A DNA stretch of 64,000 nt, taken from Terriglobia bacterium (GTDB taxonomy: Bacteria > Acidobacteriota > Terriglobia > Terriglobales > Acidobacteriaceae). Within the stretch, counting starts at the first letter, position 1. Each line of letters begins with the position of its first letter. The position numbers and the translations under genes were made by a program. The DNA lies in NCBI GenBank assembly GCA_963797725.1, contig CAWCQR010000009.1, forward strand, positions 206,769-270,768. Reading direction: 5' to 3'. The notes beneath the pieces are model-generated. The model was not told the DNA's origin and did no database searches. It saw only the letters and a list, made by a program, of their open reading frames with translations. Shown in pieces: positions 47,670 through 56,509 of the stretch.

Positions 47670-49348
47670 TTTCCCGTGTACACAACGCGCCAAATCGAAC
47701 CTGAGCCATCATCGCTTACCAGCAGGGAGCCATCCGGTGCTACCGCAACTCCAACTGGCCGGCCCCAGACACTGTCGTCATCCACAACGAAGCCGCTGAG
47801 AAAATCCTCATATTCCCCGGTCGCAAGCCCGGTCTGATGAAGAGGCACGCGGATGACTTCGTATCCAGCACGGGGCAGCCGGTTCCACGAGCCATGCTCG
47901 GCGGCAAAAATATCTCCCTGATATTCCGCGGGAAATTGTTTGCCATCGTAGAACGTCATCTGCAATGACGCATTATGCGGCTGCAATATCACGTCGGGCG
48001 TGATGACTTTGTCCTTCAGTTCGGGGTGTTTCCCCGCGAGACGCGGTTCCTCGTGGCCTCCCACGTACCACCATGGCCAGCCATAGAAGCCGCCCTCCTT
48101 GACATGAGTGATGTAGTCGGGCACGAGATTATTTCCCAGCCCGTCGCGTTCATTCACGGAACACCACAACTCGCCGGTCTTCGGATTGATCGCCAGCCCG
48201 ACAGCATTGCGAATCCCCGAGGCGTATACGCGTAAACCTGACCCGTCGGGGTTGTATTCGAGAATCGCAGCCCGATTCTTTTCTTCGGGTGCGTCGTCAA
48301 CATTTTCGTGCGACCCGACCGAGACAAACATTTTCTTGTCGTCCGGAGAAAACTGGACGTCCCTCGAACGGTGATGCCCGCCGCTGGGAAGATCGGCCAG
48401 ATGTTGCGGTGGCCCAGCGCTGGTCAGATCGCCGCTGTGATAGGGGAAGCGAACGACCGAGTCCATGTTGGCGATATACACCCACTGCGGATCGGGTCCG
48501 GAAGGATAGAAGGCAATGCCAAAAGGCGTGTTCAACCCCGTTGCGAAAATCTGTACCTGCTCAGGCTTGCCATCCGCGGCGATTCCGCGGAATACCTTGA
48601 TGTCGCCGGCACTGGTTTCAGCCAGGAAAATGTCGCCGTTGGGGGCTCTGCGCATCAGGCGGGGATTGTTGAGACCCGAAGCATAAAGTTCAACTTTGAA
48701 ACCTTTGGGGGCCTTCGGCCAGGCATTTTCAGGACGCGCAACAATCTTCGGGCCCGCCGCCGCCGACGAAGTCGCAAATGGCGCAGGAAGGTCCTGCACC
48801 CTGATGTGTCGAATCGTGCCGGGTTCTTCGAACCTGTAATCGGTGAACGGCGGAGCTGGTGGCGGCGCGTTTGATTTTGCAGATGGAACCGGCGCCGCAG
48901 AATGATTGGCTGGCGCGAGCTCCAATTGTGCTCCGGTCAGCGATTTTAGAAACGTGACCACTTGCCAGCGTTGTTCTTTCGACAACGCTGCCCAGGAAGG
49001 CATTCCACTACTGGCGTCGCCGCGAGTGATGTACCAGAAGATTGCTCCGTCAGAAGCTTTTTGAACATTTCCCCCGGCTAACGGAGGGACATTGCCCGAA
49101 CCTTCACCCGATGTTCCATGGCAACCGGCGCAATTGATGGTGTAGACGCCTCGGCCGCCCAATATCGCTTCCGATTTTCCCCCGTACGGATTCTTTGTCT
49201 GCTGAGCGGATGCAGGCGCACCGTGGAACGAAGTGGTTTGATCCTGGGAAGTCGCCAGCCTGGAAAGCTCCAACGAAACTAGTACGAGAAGGGAAGGCAC
49301 CAAAGCCCTGTCGAGGAAGCAGCTGAGGGATTTATGGCGTCGTCTCAT
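47666..49348 (-). CDS. cytochrome c domain fused to a PQQ-dependent sugar dehydrogenase (sorbosone dehydrogenase / sGDH family)
   Basis: 560 aa. Signal peptide. CAGCHGTSGEG haem-c motif. 6-bladed propeller part with GLNTPFGIAFYP and HGSWNR. Confidence 0.85.
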   Translation of the reverse strand: MRRRHKSLSCFLDRALVPSLLVLVSLELSRLATSQDQTTSFHGAPASAQQTKNPYGGKSEAILGGRGVYTINCAGCHGTSGEGSGNVPPLAGGNVQKASDGAIFWYITRGDASSGMPSWAALSKEQRWQVVTFLKSLTGAQLELAPANHSAAPVPSAKSNAPPPAPPFTDYRFEEPGTIRHIRVQDLPAPFATSSAAAGPKIVARPENAWPKAPKGFKVELYASGLNNPRLMRRAPNGDIFLAETSAGDIKVFRGIAADGKPEQVQIFATGLNTPFGIAFYPSGPDPQWVYIANMDSVVRFPYHSGDLTSAGPPQHLADLPSGGHHRSRDVQFSPDDKKMFVSVGSHENVDDAPEEKNRAAILEYNPDGSGLRVYASGIRNAVGLAINPKTGELWCSVNERDGLGNNLVPDYITHVKEGGFYGWPWWYVGGHEEPRLAGKHPELKDKVITPDVILQPHNASLQMTFYDGKQFPAEYQGDIFAAEHGSWNRLPRAGYEVIRVPLHQTGLATGEYEDFLSGFVVDDDSVWGRPVGVAVAPDGSLLVSDDGSGSIWRVVYTGK

Positions 49349-49417
49349 GTTTTCTCGACTACGGTTATATTATATGACAATTATCTGTGCAGCCTCGTAA
49401 ACGAGTCCAGAGTCTGA

Positions 49418-50656
49418 TCACGGGCGAACGGGAACGAACTGTATACATACCGGCGTGTCCACCTTCACCTCCGTGCCGGTTTTCAAGAGTTTGCCGGAAG
49501 CGCCATCAATTTTGAAGAGCACTACGTTATTGGACAGTTCGTTGGCGGCCAGCAAGTAGGCACCCGTCGGATCGATCTTGAAACTGCGCGGCATGACGCC
49601 CCCTGTAAGCGACTGTTCAACCGCGGTTAGCATTCCGTTCTGCGGATCAATGGAGAACACGCCAATGGTGTCCGGCGCCCTCTCCGTTTCGCTCTTCGTC
49701 CGCCGGTTGGACTCGTAAAGGAACTTTCCGCTGGGGTGAACCTCAATCTCAGCGCTGTGATTACCGCCGAAAAAATCGTGGGGCACGGTGTGGGCGCGTT
49801 GTACCCCAGTCAGAGTGCCTTTCGAAGGATCCCAGGCGTATACGTCCACAATCCCACTCATTTCGCTCAACTGGTACCCGAACTTTCCGGCGGGATCAAA
49901 GGCAAAGTGGCGCGGACCGCCGCCAGGATAAACGGTGGCGAATGGAGGATCGGGCGGCGAAAGTTTTCCGGTCTCCGCGTCGAAACGAAAGATGAGTACC
50001 TTGTCCAGCCCGAGGTCAGAGACAATGGCGTAACGGTTATCGGGAGAAACCAGGATCGAATGGGTGTGCGGCTCGTTTTGAATCGAGCGATCCACGCTAT
50101 GCCCGACATCCTGAATGAAGGCGGTAAGCTCTCCAAGCGAGCCGTCATCCTTTACGCGGACAACCGAGACGCTCCCGCTGCCGAAGTTGGCCATCATCAC
50201 GAATTTTCCGGTTTTGTCGATGGAGATGTAGCAGGTACTGGTACCACTGGCCGGAACGGTGTTCAGGAGACGCAACTTTCCCGTCGCATGATCAATTGCA
50301 AACGCGCTCACGTAAGACGAGTGATCGAGCGGCGGCCCGACGGAAAGTGGATCTTCGCTGACCGCATAAAGGAATCGATGATCGGGAGAGATCGTCAGGA
50401 ATGAAGGATTGATTATCTCGGCGGCCAGCTCGGGCTCGCTGATTTCGCCCGTCGCTGGGTGAAAGAGGCTGACGTAAATTCCCTTGCTCTTGCTCTCGCC
50501 AAGTCCATACGGCTTGCTGTGATGCACGTACTTGAACCCGGTATAGGTGCCGACATACATGAAGTAGTCGCTGTCCTGGGACGGCGTGGTCTGGCCCGCC
50601 AGAACGGCAAGTCCGAATGTGACAACGAAAAAGAACACGTATTGAATACGTCTCAT
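49418..50656 (-). CDS. secreted 7-bladed beta-propeller lactonase family protein (tandem copy 2)
   Basis: 412 aa. Signal peptide. Lactonase-type blades (SPDHRFLYAV, SPDNRYAIVSDLGLDKV, HPSGKFLYESNR). Close paralog of 50713-51939. Confidence 0.85.
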   Translation of the reverse strand: MRRIQYVFFFVVTFGLAVLAGQTTPSQDSDYFMYVGTYTGFKYVHHSKPYGLGESKSKGIYVSLFHPATGEISEPELAAEIINPSFLTISPDHRFLYAVSEDPLSVGPPLDHSSYVSAFAIDHATGKLRLLNTVPASGTSTCYISIDKTGKFVMMANFGSGSVSVVRVKDDGSLGELTAFIQDVGHSVDRSIQNEPHTHSILVSPDNRYAIVSDLGLDKVLIFRFDAETGKLSPPDPPFATVYPGGGPRHFAFDPAGKFGYQLSEMSGIVDVYAWDPSKGTLTGVQRAHTVPHDFFGGNHSAEIEVHPSGKFLYESNRRTKSETERAPDTIGVFSIDPQNGMLTAVEQSLTGGVMPRSFKIDPTGAYLLAANELSNNVVLFKIDGASGKLLKTGTEVKVDTPVCIQFVPVRP

Positions 50657-50712
50657 GAAGGTTCCTGATCTCCCTGCCGCGAGTCCGAAGTCGTGGAAAA
50701 CGGTCGCCGCCC

Positions 50713-51939
50713 CTACTTTCCCGAGGGAACAAATACGATCGATACTGGCACATCAATTTTCAAATTGGTATTCGTCGGAGTGAGTCGACCGGTCTGACTG
50801 TCTATTCGAAAAAGCCGGACGTTCCCGGTCAGTTCATTAGCAGAAAACAAGTACGATCCGCTGGGATCGATCGCAAAATTGCGTGGCATGGTGCCTCCCG
50901 GCGGCACCTGCTCAATCTCTGTCAAGGTGCCTTTCAACGGGTCGATCGCGAATACACCGATCGTGTCCGGTCCCCACAAGTTGGGTCCGCGGAAGCGGCG
51001 ATTGGACTCGTAAAGGAATTTCCCGTTTGGATGAATGGCGATTTCAGCGCTGTCGCTTGATCCAATGAAATCGGGGGGAAGCGTCCTCGCGTCCTGCACA
51101 CTGGTGAAAGTACCTTGCCTAGGATCCCAAGCCAGGACAGTGACAAAGCCGCTCATTTCTTTAAGCGAATATCCAAATTTGCCGGCGGCATCGAAAACAA
51201 AATGACGCGGACCTCCGCCGGGTTCCATGGCAACGAACGGCGCCTCGTCTGGCGAAAGCGCGCCGGTGGCGGCGTCGAAGCGATAGATGAACAGCTTGTC
51301 CACGCCAAGATCGGAAACGATGGCATAGCGATTGTCCGGTGAAACGTCGATGGAGTGGGGGTGAGCCTGCGACTGGAAGGAAGGGTCCTTGCCTCTCCCG
51401 ATGTGCTTCATGAAGGCAGTTTGTTCACCGAGCGACCCGTCGTCCTTGATTCTCAAAACCGTGACGCTGCTGCTGCCAAAGTTTGCCATCAGTACGTAGT
51501 GGCCGGTCTTATCGATGGAGAGGTAGCACGTGCTTGTTCCTCCAGTAGGCAGCGTGTTCAGCAAGTGCAGCTTGCCGGTTTTGGAATCGATTGCGAAGGC
51601 GCTCACGTACGATGCGTGATCGAAATCCGGTCCCAGCGATAAGGGGTCCTCGGTCGCGACATAGAGGAACCGTTGATTGGGATGAACCGCAAGAAACGCG
51701 GGATTAACAATCTCGGCGGCAAGTTCAGGCTTGCTCACAGCACCCGTCGCAGGTTGGAAGCGGCTTACGTAGATCCCCTTGCTATTGCTTCCGCCGTCCG
51801 GAAGCCCTTCCTTCATGTAAGTGAAGCCGGTATACGTGCCGAAATAAACAAAGTACTCGGCCGCGGGCGCGCTCCAGGCACGAGGGACGGAAAGGACGAT
51901 TAAAAAAGCGAGTAAGGCAAGACGCAGGGTCGGCTTCAT
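50713..51939 (-). CDS. secreted 7-bladed beta-propeller lactonase family protein (tandem copy 1)
   Basis: The start is set to ATG 51939 (MKPTLRLALLAFLIVLSVPRAWSA, a signal peptide). The track start 52050 would overlap the upstream gene. Same blade motifs as copy 2. Confidence 0.85.
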   Translation of the reverse strand: MKPTLRLALLAFLIVLSVPRAWSAPAAEYFVYFGTYTGFTYMKEGLPDGGSNSKGIYVSRFQPATGAVSKPELAAEIVNPAFLAVHPNQRFLYVATEDPLSLGPDFDHASYVSAFAIDSKTGKLHLLNTLPTGGTSTCYLSIDKTGHYVLMANFGSSSVTVLRIKDDGSLGEQTAFMKHIGRGKDPSFQSQAHPHSIDVSPDNRYAIVSDLGVDKLFIYRFDAATGALSPDEAPFVAMEPGGGPRHFVFDAAGKFGYSLKEMSGFVTVLAWDPRQGTFTSVQDARTLPPDFIGSSDSAEIAIHPNGKFLYESNRRFRGPNLWGPDTIGVFAIDPLKGTLTEIEQVPPGGTMPRNFAIDPSGSYLFSANELTGNVRLFRIDSQTGRLTPTNTNLKIDVPVSIVFVPSGK

Positions 51940-52009
51940 GGATTGTTCTTCTGCATGTAACTGTTCGTGGTCGCGGGAGCGCGGATCACTCGCGCGAAAT
52001 ATCGAAACT

Positions 52010-53005
52010 TTACTGATGCGCGGGAACAACAGCATGGGTGTAGTTGTCACCTTCAGGGAATTTTGCGAAATATAAAAACTTCACCGGCTTGTCGCTGATG
52101 TTGATGTTGGAGTGTATGGTTGCCGAATCGGGCGGCAACATGTAGGCCATCCCCGGTTTTTGTATCCGCAATTCGGTTCCCATCATGATCAGACTCGTCC
52201 CATCGATTGCGGCCCAGACTTCTTCCTGACCCGGACGATGCGGGTGCGGTTCCCCCAGTGTCAGCGGATTGACGGTGACGGTGATCACGCTCTGTTCCGT
52301 AGCCAGCCCATCAGCCGGCGAAAACAGTTCTCTGACAATGTGCGCCCAATGACCGGACGCTCCGCCAACAATGTAAGGATCGCCGCCCGCGGGCGTCCTC
52401 TGACGCGCCAGTCCCTCATCTTTGACCAACATCTTTTCCTTCGGATGAAACCCGCCTGGCGTGGGCTCGTTGATGACATACATGGTGAGTGGTTCGTCGC
52501 CGATGGACTTCATCACGAATTCAATCCCAGCAGGCATCAGAACAGCGACGTCTTTATGTAGTTTTGCAGTGTCGCTACCCGCTGTGATTTCACCCTCACC
52601 GCCGAGAACATAATAGACTTCCTGCTGGCCGTCGAGCCGCGAGGGAGTTGTCCATGCGCCAGGAGCGAGCCGTCCGTAGGCGAGAAAGTTGGCGGCGCGC
52701 AGCACAGCGCTTTTCTGCGGTGGCGCGAAGTTATCTCCGCGTACGAGAATGTCGCGCAGAACCAGTGAGCCATGCTCCGATCGCGGCATCGATCCCTGCC
52801 AGTCGCTGATAAACAGGTCGATTCGGCGGTCGTTCGGTTCCCGCTCCTTTGCATATTTCACGAACTCCGGGCCCGGATACGAATTGATTCCGTTGATAGC
52901 GTTTTTCGTTCCACTCGATGGCGGTGCTGCTTGCGCCAATACCAGCGCGGGCAGTATCAGGGCCAGTGCGGATGCGGTCAAAAACGCAAGCGTTGCGCGG
53001 GGCAT
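52010..53005 (-). CDS. secreted bicupin protein, paralog 2 (function unknown)
   Basis: 331 aa. Signal peptide. GEPHPHRPGQEEVW and HSNIN. Long identical runs with paralog 1. Confidence 0.75.
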   Translation of the reverse strand: MPRATLAFLTASALALILPALVLAQAAPPSSGTKNAINGINSYPGPEFVKYAKEREPNDRRIDLFISDWQGSMPRSEHGSLVLRDILVRGDNFAPPQKSAVLRAANFLAYGRLAPGAWTTPSRLDGQQEVYYVLGGEGEITAGSDTAKLHKDVAVLMPAGIEFVMKSIGDEPLTMYVINEPTPGGFHPKEKMLVKDEGLARQRTPAGGDPYIVGGASGHWAHIVRELFSPADGLATEQSVITVTVNPLTLGEPHPHRPGQEEVWAAIDGTSLIMMGTELRIQKPGMAYMLPPDSATIHSNINISDKPVKFLYFAKFPEGDNYTHAVVPAHQ

Positions 53006-53035
53006 AGCGCCTCCTCGGATGTTAGGCCTTCTGGT

Positions 53036-53887
53036 CTACGGTCTGGGTTCGTGCGGATGGTATCGGCCAAAATAGAGAAACTTAACCTGCGAATCTTCAT
53101 TCTGGTTGATGTTGGTGTGCGGTGTCTTGTTATCAGGAATGTGGTAAAACGCCATCCCCGGAGTTTGGCGCCGCAACTGGTTGCTCACGAATGCGAGGCT
53201 TGTGCCATCCAGAGCGGTCCAGACTTCTTCAATGTCATCGTGATCTACGATGTGAGGCTGACCCATGGTTAGCGGGTCAATGGTCACAGTCAATACGCTC
53301 TGCAATGTGCCCAGGCCGTCTGCAGTTACGAAAATAGTCTTCACGATGTGAGCCCAGTGCCCGTCGCTGGAACTGATAGGAAGCTTGTTCTCATCCTTGA
53401 CGAGAATGATTGCGTTCGGCCGGAAACCTGGAGGCGTAGGTTCGTTGATCACGTACATTGCGAGGGGTTCATCTCCTGTGTTCTTCAGGGTGAACTCCAG
53501 ATTTGCCGGCACTAGGATCGCGATATTGCGATAGAGATCTGCGGTCTGTCCCGCTGCCGTTGCGGTACCGTGACCAGATTGGATGAAGTAGATCTCTTGT
53601 TGTCCGTCAAGGCGGGTTGCCTTTGTCGAGGCGTGGGGCGCCAATGTTGCGTAGGTGTGGGAGTTGACGAAGCGAAGGACGGCGCCTTTTTGAGTGGGAT
53701 TATGCGGGTCACCGCGTGTAAAAATATCTCTTTCAGCGAGAGATCCGTGTGTCATCCGCTCGGTAGAGTTATGCCAGTCGCCAAAATAAAAATCGATGCG
53801 ATCGCCGGTGGTTTGGCCCAGTGCCAGGGACGGCACGACAACGCATGAAGCCAGGATCAGTGATGCAAGAATTCTCCTCATCATCAA
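53036..53887 (-). CDS. secreted bicupin protein, paralog 3 (divergent metal motif)
   Basis: 283 aa. Signal peptide. Same architecture, but the metal motif reads GQPHIVDHDDIEEVW and HTNIN. The first codon in the track is TTG 53887; ATG 53884 is an alternative. Confidence 0.7.
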   Translation of the reverse strand: MMMRRILASLILASCVVVPSLALGQTTGDRIDFYFGDWHNSTERMTHGSLAERDIFTRGDPHNPTQKGAVLRFVNSHTYATLAPHASTKATRLDGQQEIYFIQSGHGTATAAGQTADLYRNIAILVPANLEFTLKNTGDEPLAMYVINEPTPPGFRPNAIILVKDENKLPISSSDGHWAHIVKTIFVTADGLGTLQSVLTVTIDPLTMGQPHIVDHDDIEEVWTALDGTSLAFVSNQLRRQTPGMAFYHIPDNKTPHTNINQNEDSQVKFLYFGRYHPHEPRP

Positions 53888-54146
53888 ACCGGTCTCCTTT
53901 GTAACAGGAACTTTGGCTGCGACGGACTGATCATGCGATCAAGAAATTGTCACTATATATGATAATTGGAAAGAGCGATAGAAATTTATAGTATCATAAT
54001 GCAATCATGACGATCTGCCCAGGTGGGATCAGCGTCAACGCCCTGTTAACATCGACGTCCTGTCTGCCATTCACATTGCTGCGGTAAGGGAAGCTGGGTC
54101 GCTTCAGTGTTTTGCTGCATCGCAACTTTTAAGGAGAATCCATAAG

Positions 54147-55001
54147 ATGAAATTGATTCGATTTGGCGAGCGTGGTCAGGAAAAGCCAGGCGTCCTTTTG
54201 AAAGATGGGAGCCGCATTGATGCTTCCGGGTTCGGTTCCGACTATGACGAAGCTTTCCTGGGCACCGGCGGATTGGGGAAGCTCGAGTCCTGGCTTGGCA
54301 AAAATTCCGCTTCCGCCCCTCGTGTTTCGCCATCGACGCGCCTGGGCTCGCCGGTTTGCCGGCCCAGCAAAATCGTGTGCATCGGACTCAACTACCGCGA
54401 TCATGCGGCGGAAACCAAAGCCGAAGCACCGAAGGAGCCAGTTCTCTTCTTTAAGGCGACTACTTCGCTGGTAGGCCCGAACGATGACCTGGTAAGGCCG
54501 AGGAACTCGACCAAGGTGGACTGGGAGGTTGAGTTGGCGCTCGTTATCGGGAAGAAGGCCTCGTACATTTCGCAGGAGCAGGCCCTCGATCATGTCGCCG
54601 GATACGCGCTGCACAACGACTACTCCGAGCGAAACTTCCAGTTGGAACGGGGAGGCCAGTGGGTAAAGGGAAAGAGCGCGGACACTTTTGCCCCGCTGGG
54701 GCCATTCCTCGCGACTCGCGACGAGATTCCTGACGCCGGCAATCTTCCGATGTGGCTGAAGGTAAATGGGCAGTTTCGCCAAAAAAGCTCAACCGCAAAC
54801 ATGATCTTTGATGTCGCCACGCTGGTTTCATACGTCAGCCAGTTCATGACGCTTCTTCCCGGGGACATGATCAGCACTGGAACTCCGGCGGGAGTTGGCA
54901 TGGGCATGAATCCGCCTGTGTTTCTGAAGGCGGGGGACGTGGTTGAACTCGGCATTGACAGTCTGGGAGAATCGCGGCAGCTGGTTACGGACTACAAATA
55001 G
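54147..55001 (+). CDS. fumarylacetoacetate hydrolase (FAH) family protein
   Basis: 284 aa. KIVCIGLNYRDHA, WEVELALVIGK and GTPAGVG are FAH-fold signatures. AAGGAG upstream of the ATG. Confidence 0.9.
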   Translation: MKLIRFGERGQEKPGVLLKDGSRIDASGFGSDYDEAFLGTGGLGKLESWLGKNSASAPRVSPSTRLGSPVCRPSKIVCIGLNYRDHAAETKAEAPKEPVLFFKATTSLVGPNDDLVRPRNSTKVDWEVELALVIGKKASYISQEQALDHVAGYALHNDYSERNFQLERGGQWVKGKSADTFAPLGPFLATRDEIPDAGNLPMWLKVNGQFRQKSSTANMIFDVATLVSYVSQFMTLLPGDMISTGTPAGVGMGMNPPVFLKAGDVVELGIDSLGESRQLVTDYK

Positions 55002-55002
55002 C

Positions 55003-56397
55003 ATGCACACGGATGGTTCAGGAGCGCCCGGACGCGCGATAACCGGTTTCGGCGGCAGCAATGTTCGCTGGTACCTTATCTCCTGGCTCTTCGTTTTGAG
55101 TGCTGTCGCTTTCCTGGACCGGGTGAACATTTCAATTGCCGGAAGTTCTCTCGCCGCCGCCTACCATCTGAGTAATGTTCAACTAGGTTGGGTTTTCAGC
55201 GCCTTCCTGGCCGGCTACGCTCTTTTCCAGACGCCAGGCGGAAGGCTGGCCGACCGTCTCGGTCCGCGCCGAGTCCTGGCGGGCGGAGTGATTTGGTGGG
55301 GTGTCTTCACCGCGCTGACGGCCGTGGTTCCCTCCGGCATACGAGGCGCCTTGTTTCTTTTTGTTGCCATCCGATTCTTATTGGGCGCCGGCGAAGCGGT
55401 TATTTATCCAGCATCGAACCAATTCGTAGCGCGCTGGATTCCTAGCCAGGAACGAGGAATTGCAAATGGCTGGATTTTCGCCGGCGTGGGAGCGGGCGCC
55501 GGGCTCTCGCCGCCGCTGATCACATTCGTGATGCTGCACTACGGATGGAGATCGTCGTTCTGGGTTTGTGCGGTGATAGGACTGTTTGCCGGATTGGTAT
55601 GGTTCATCGCGGCACGGGACACTCCAGCTGAGCACTCCCGCGTTTCGGCTTCGGAGTTGGCATACATCCGTTCTGGTCTCTCGTCCGACACCACGCAAGG
55701 ACGAGAGCGAAAGTTAATTCCGTGGGGAACGGTTTTTAAAAGCAGGGAAGTACTGGCAATCACCATTAGTTATTTTTCTTTTGGTTACGTGGCCTGGATA
55801 TTTTTTAGCTGGTTTTATATCTATCTTGCAAATGTTCGCGGTTTGAATCTGAAAGCCAGCGCGTTTTACGCGATGCTGCCATTTCTTGCCATGGCGGCGT
55901 GCTGTCCGCTGGGTGGAACGATCAGCGACCGGCTTACCCGCTCGCACGGTCCCCGGATCGGGCGTTGCTACCTGGCCGCCGTAGTCATCGCACTCGCGGC
56001 TGTGTTCCTGGTGCTCGGCGCCGAAGTTCAAAGTGCGCGCCTCGCCAGCGTGGTTTTGGCGGGAGGAGCCGGGGCTTTGTACCTGGCGCAGAGCTCATTC
56101 TGGTCAGTGACGGCCGACATCGCCGGCTCGTCTTCGGGATCCGTGTCAGGCTTTATGAATATGGGCGCCCAAATCGGGGGCGCAGTCACCGCTTCACTCA
56201 CTCCCGCGATTGCGAGCCGCTTCGGTTGGACAGCCTCATTTCTGGTAGCGGCGGCCTTGTGTCTGACGGGTGCGGCCGCATGGCTGTTCGTTGATCCCAG
56301 TCGAACTCTCGAGACGGCGCAAGGTCTTGCCACGGCGGATGCTCAAATAACGAGGGGCGATCTGAATCCACCGATTCCGGTTTCTAAGACGCTTTAA
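55003..56397 (+). CDS. MFS transporter, ACS type (aldonate/hexuronate-transporter-like)
   Basis: The start is set to ATG 55003, 1 nt after the FAH stop; the track start is 54943. FQTPGGRLADRLGPRRVL loop motif. 12 hydrophobic segments. Confidence 0.9.
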   Translation: MHTDGSGAPGRAITGFGGSNVRWYLISWLFVLSAVAFLDRVNISIAGSSLAAAYHLSNVQLGWVFSAFLAGYALFQTPGGRLADRLGPRRVLAGGVIWWGVFTALTAVVPSGIRGALFLFVAIRFLLGAGEAVIYPASNQFVARWIPSQERGIANGWIFAGVGAGAGLSPPLITFVMLHYGWRSSFWVCAVIGLFAGLVWFIAARDTPAEHSRVSASELAYIRSGLSSDTTQGRERKLIPWGTVFKSREVLAITISYFSFGYVAWIFFSWFYIYLANVRGLNLKASAFYAMLPFLAMAACCPLGGTISDRLTRSHGPRIGRCYLAAVVIALAAVFLVLGAEVQSARLASVVLAGGAGALYLAQSSFWSVTADIAGSSSGSVSGFMNMGAQIGGAVTASLTPAIASRFGWTASFLVAAALCLTGAAAWLFVDPSRTLETAQGLATADAQITRGDLNPPIPVSKTL

Positions 56398-56509
56398 GTC
56401 GGCGACTTTCTCTTACCTTCCGAGCAGCGCAGACTGATCTGGTTGCAACCAGTTCTGACACCGCTTACATTTGATTGCCCTGAAAACCCTTTAGTGGAGG
56501 ATTTGCCTC

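Noticed and set aside
49736-50404. 222-aa ORF on the plus strand
   Set aside because: Antisense to lactonase copy 2. Shadow ORF.
54129-54782. 217-aa ORF on the minus strand
   Set aside because: Antisense to the FAH-family gene, which has clear family motifs and a ribosome-binding site.
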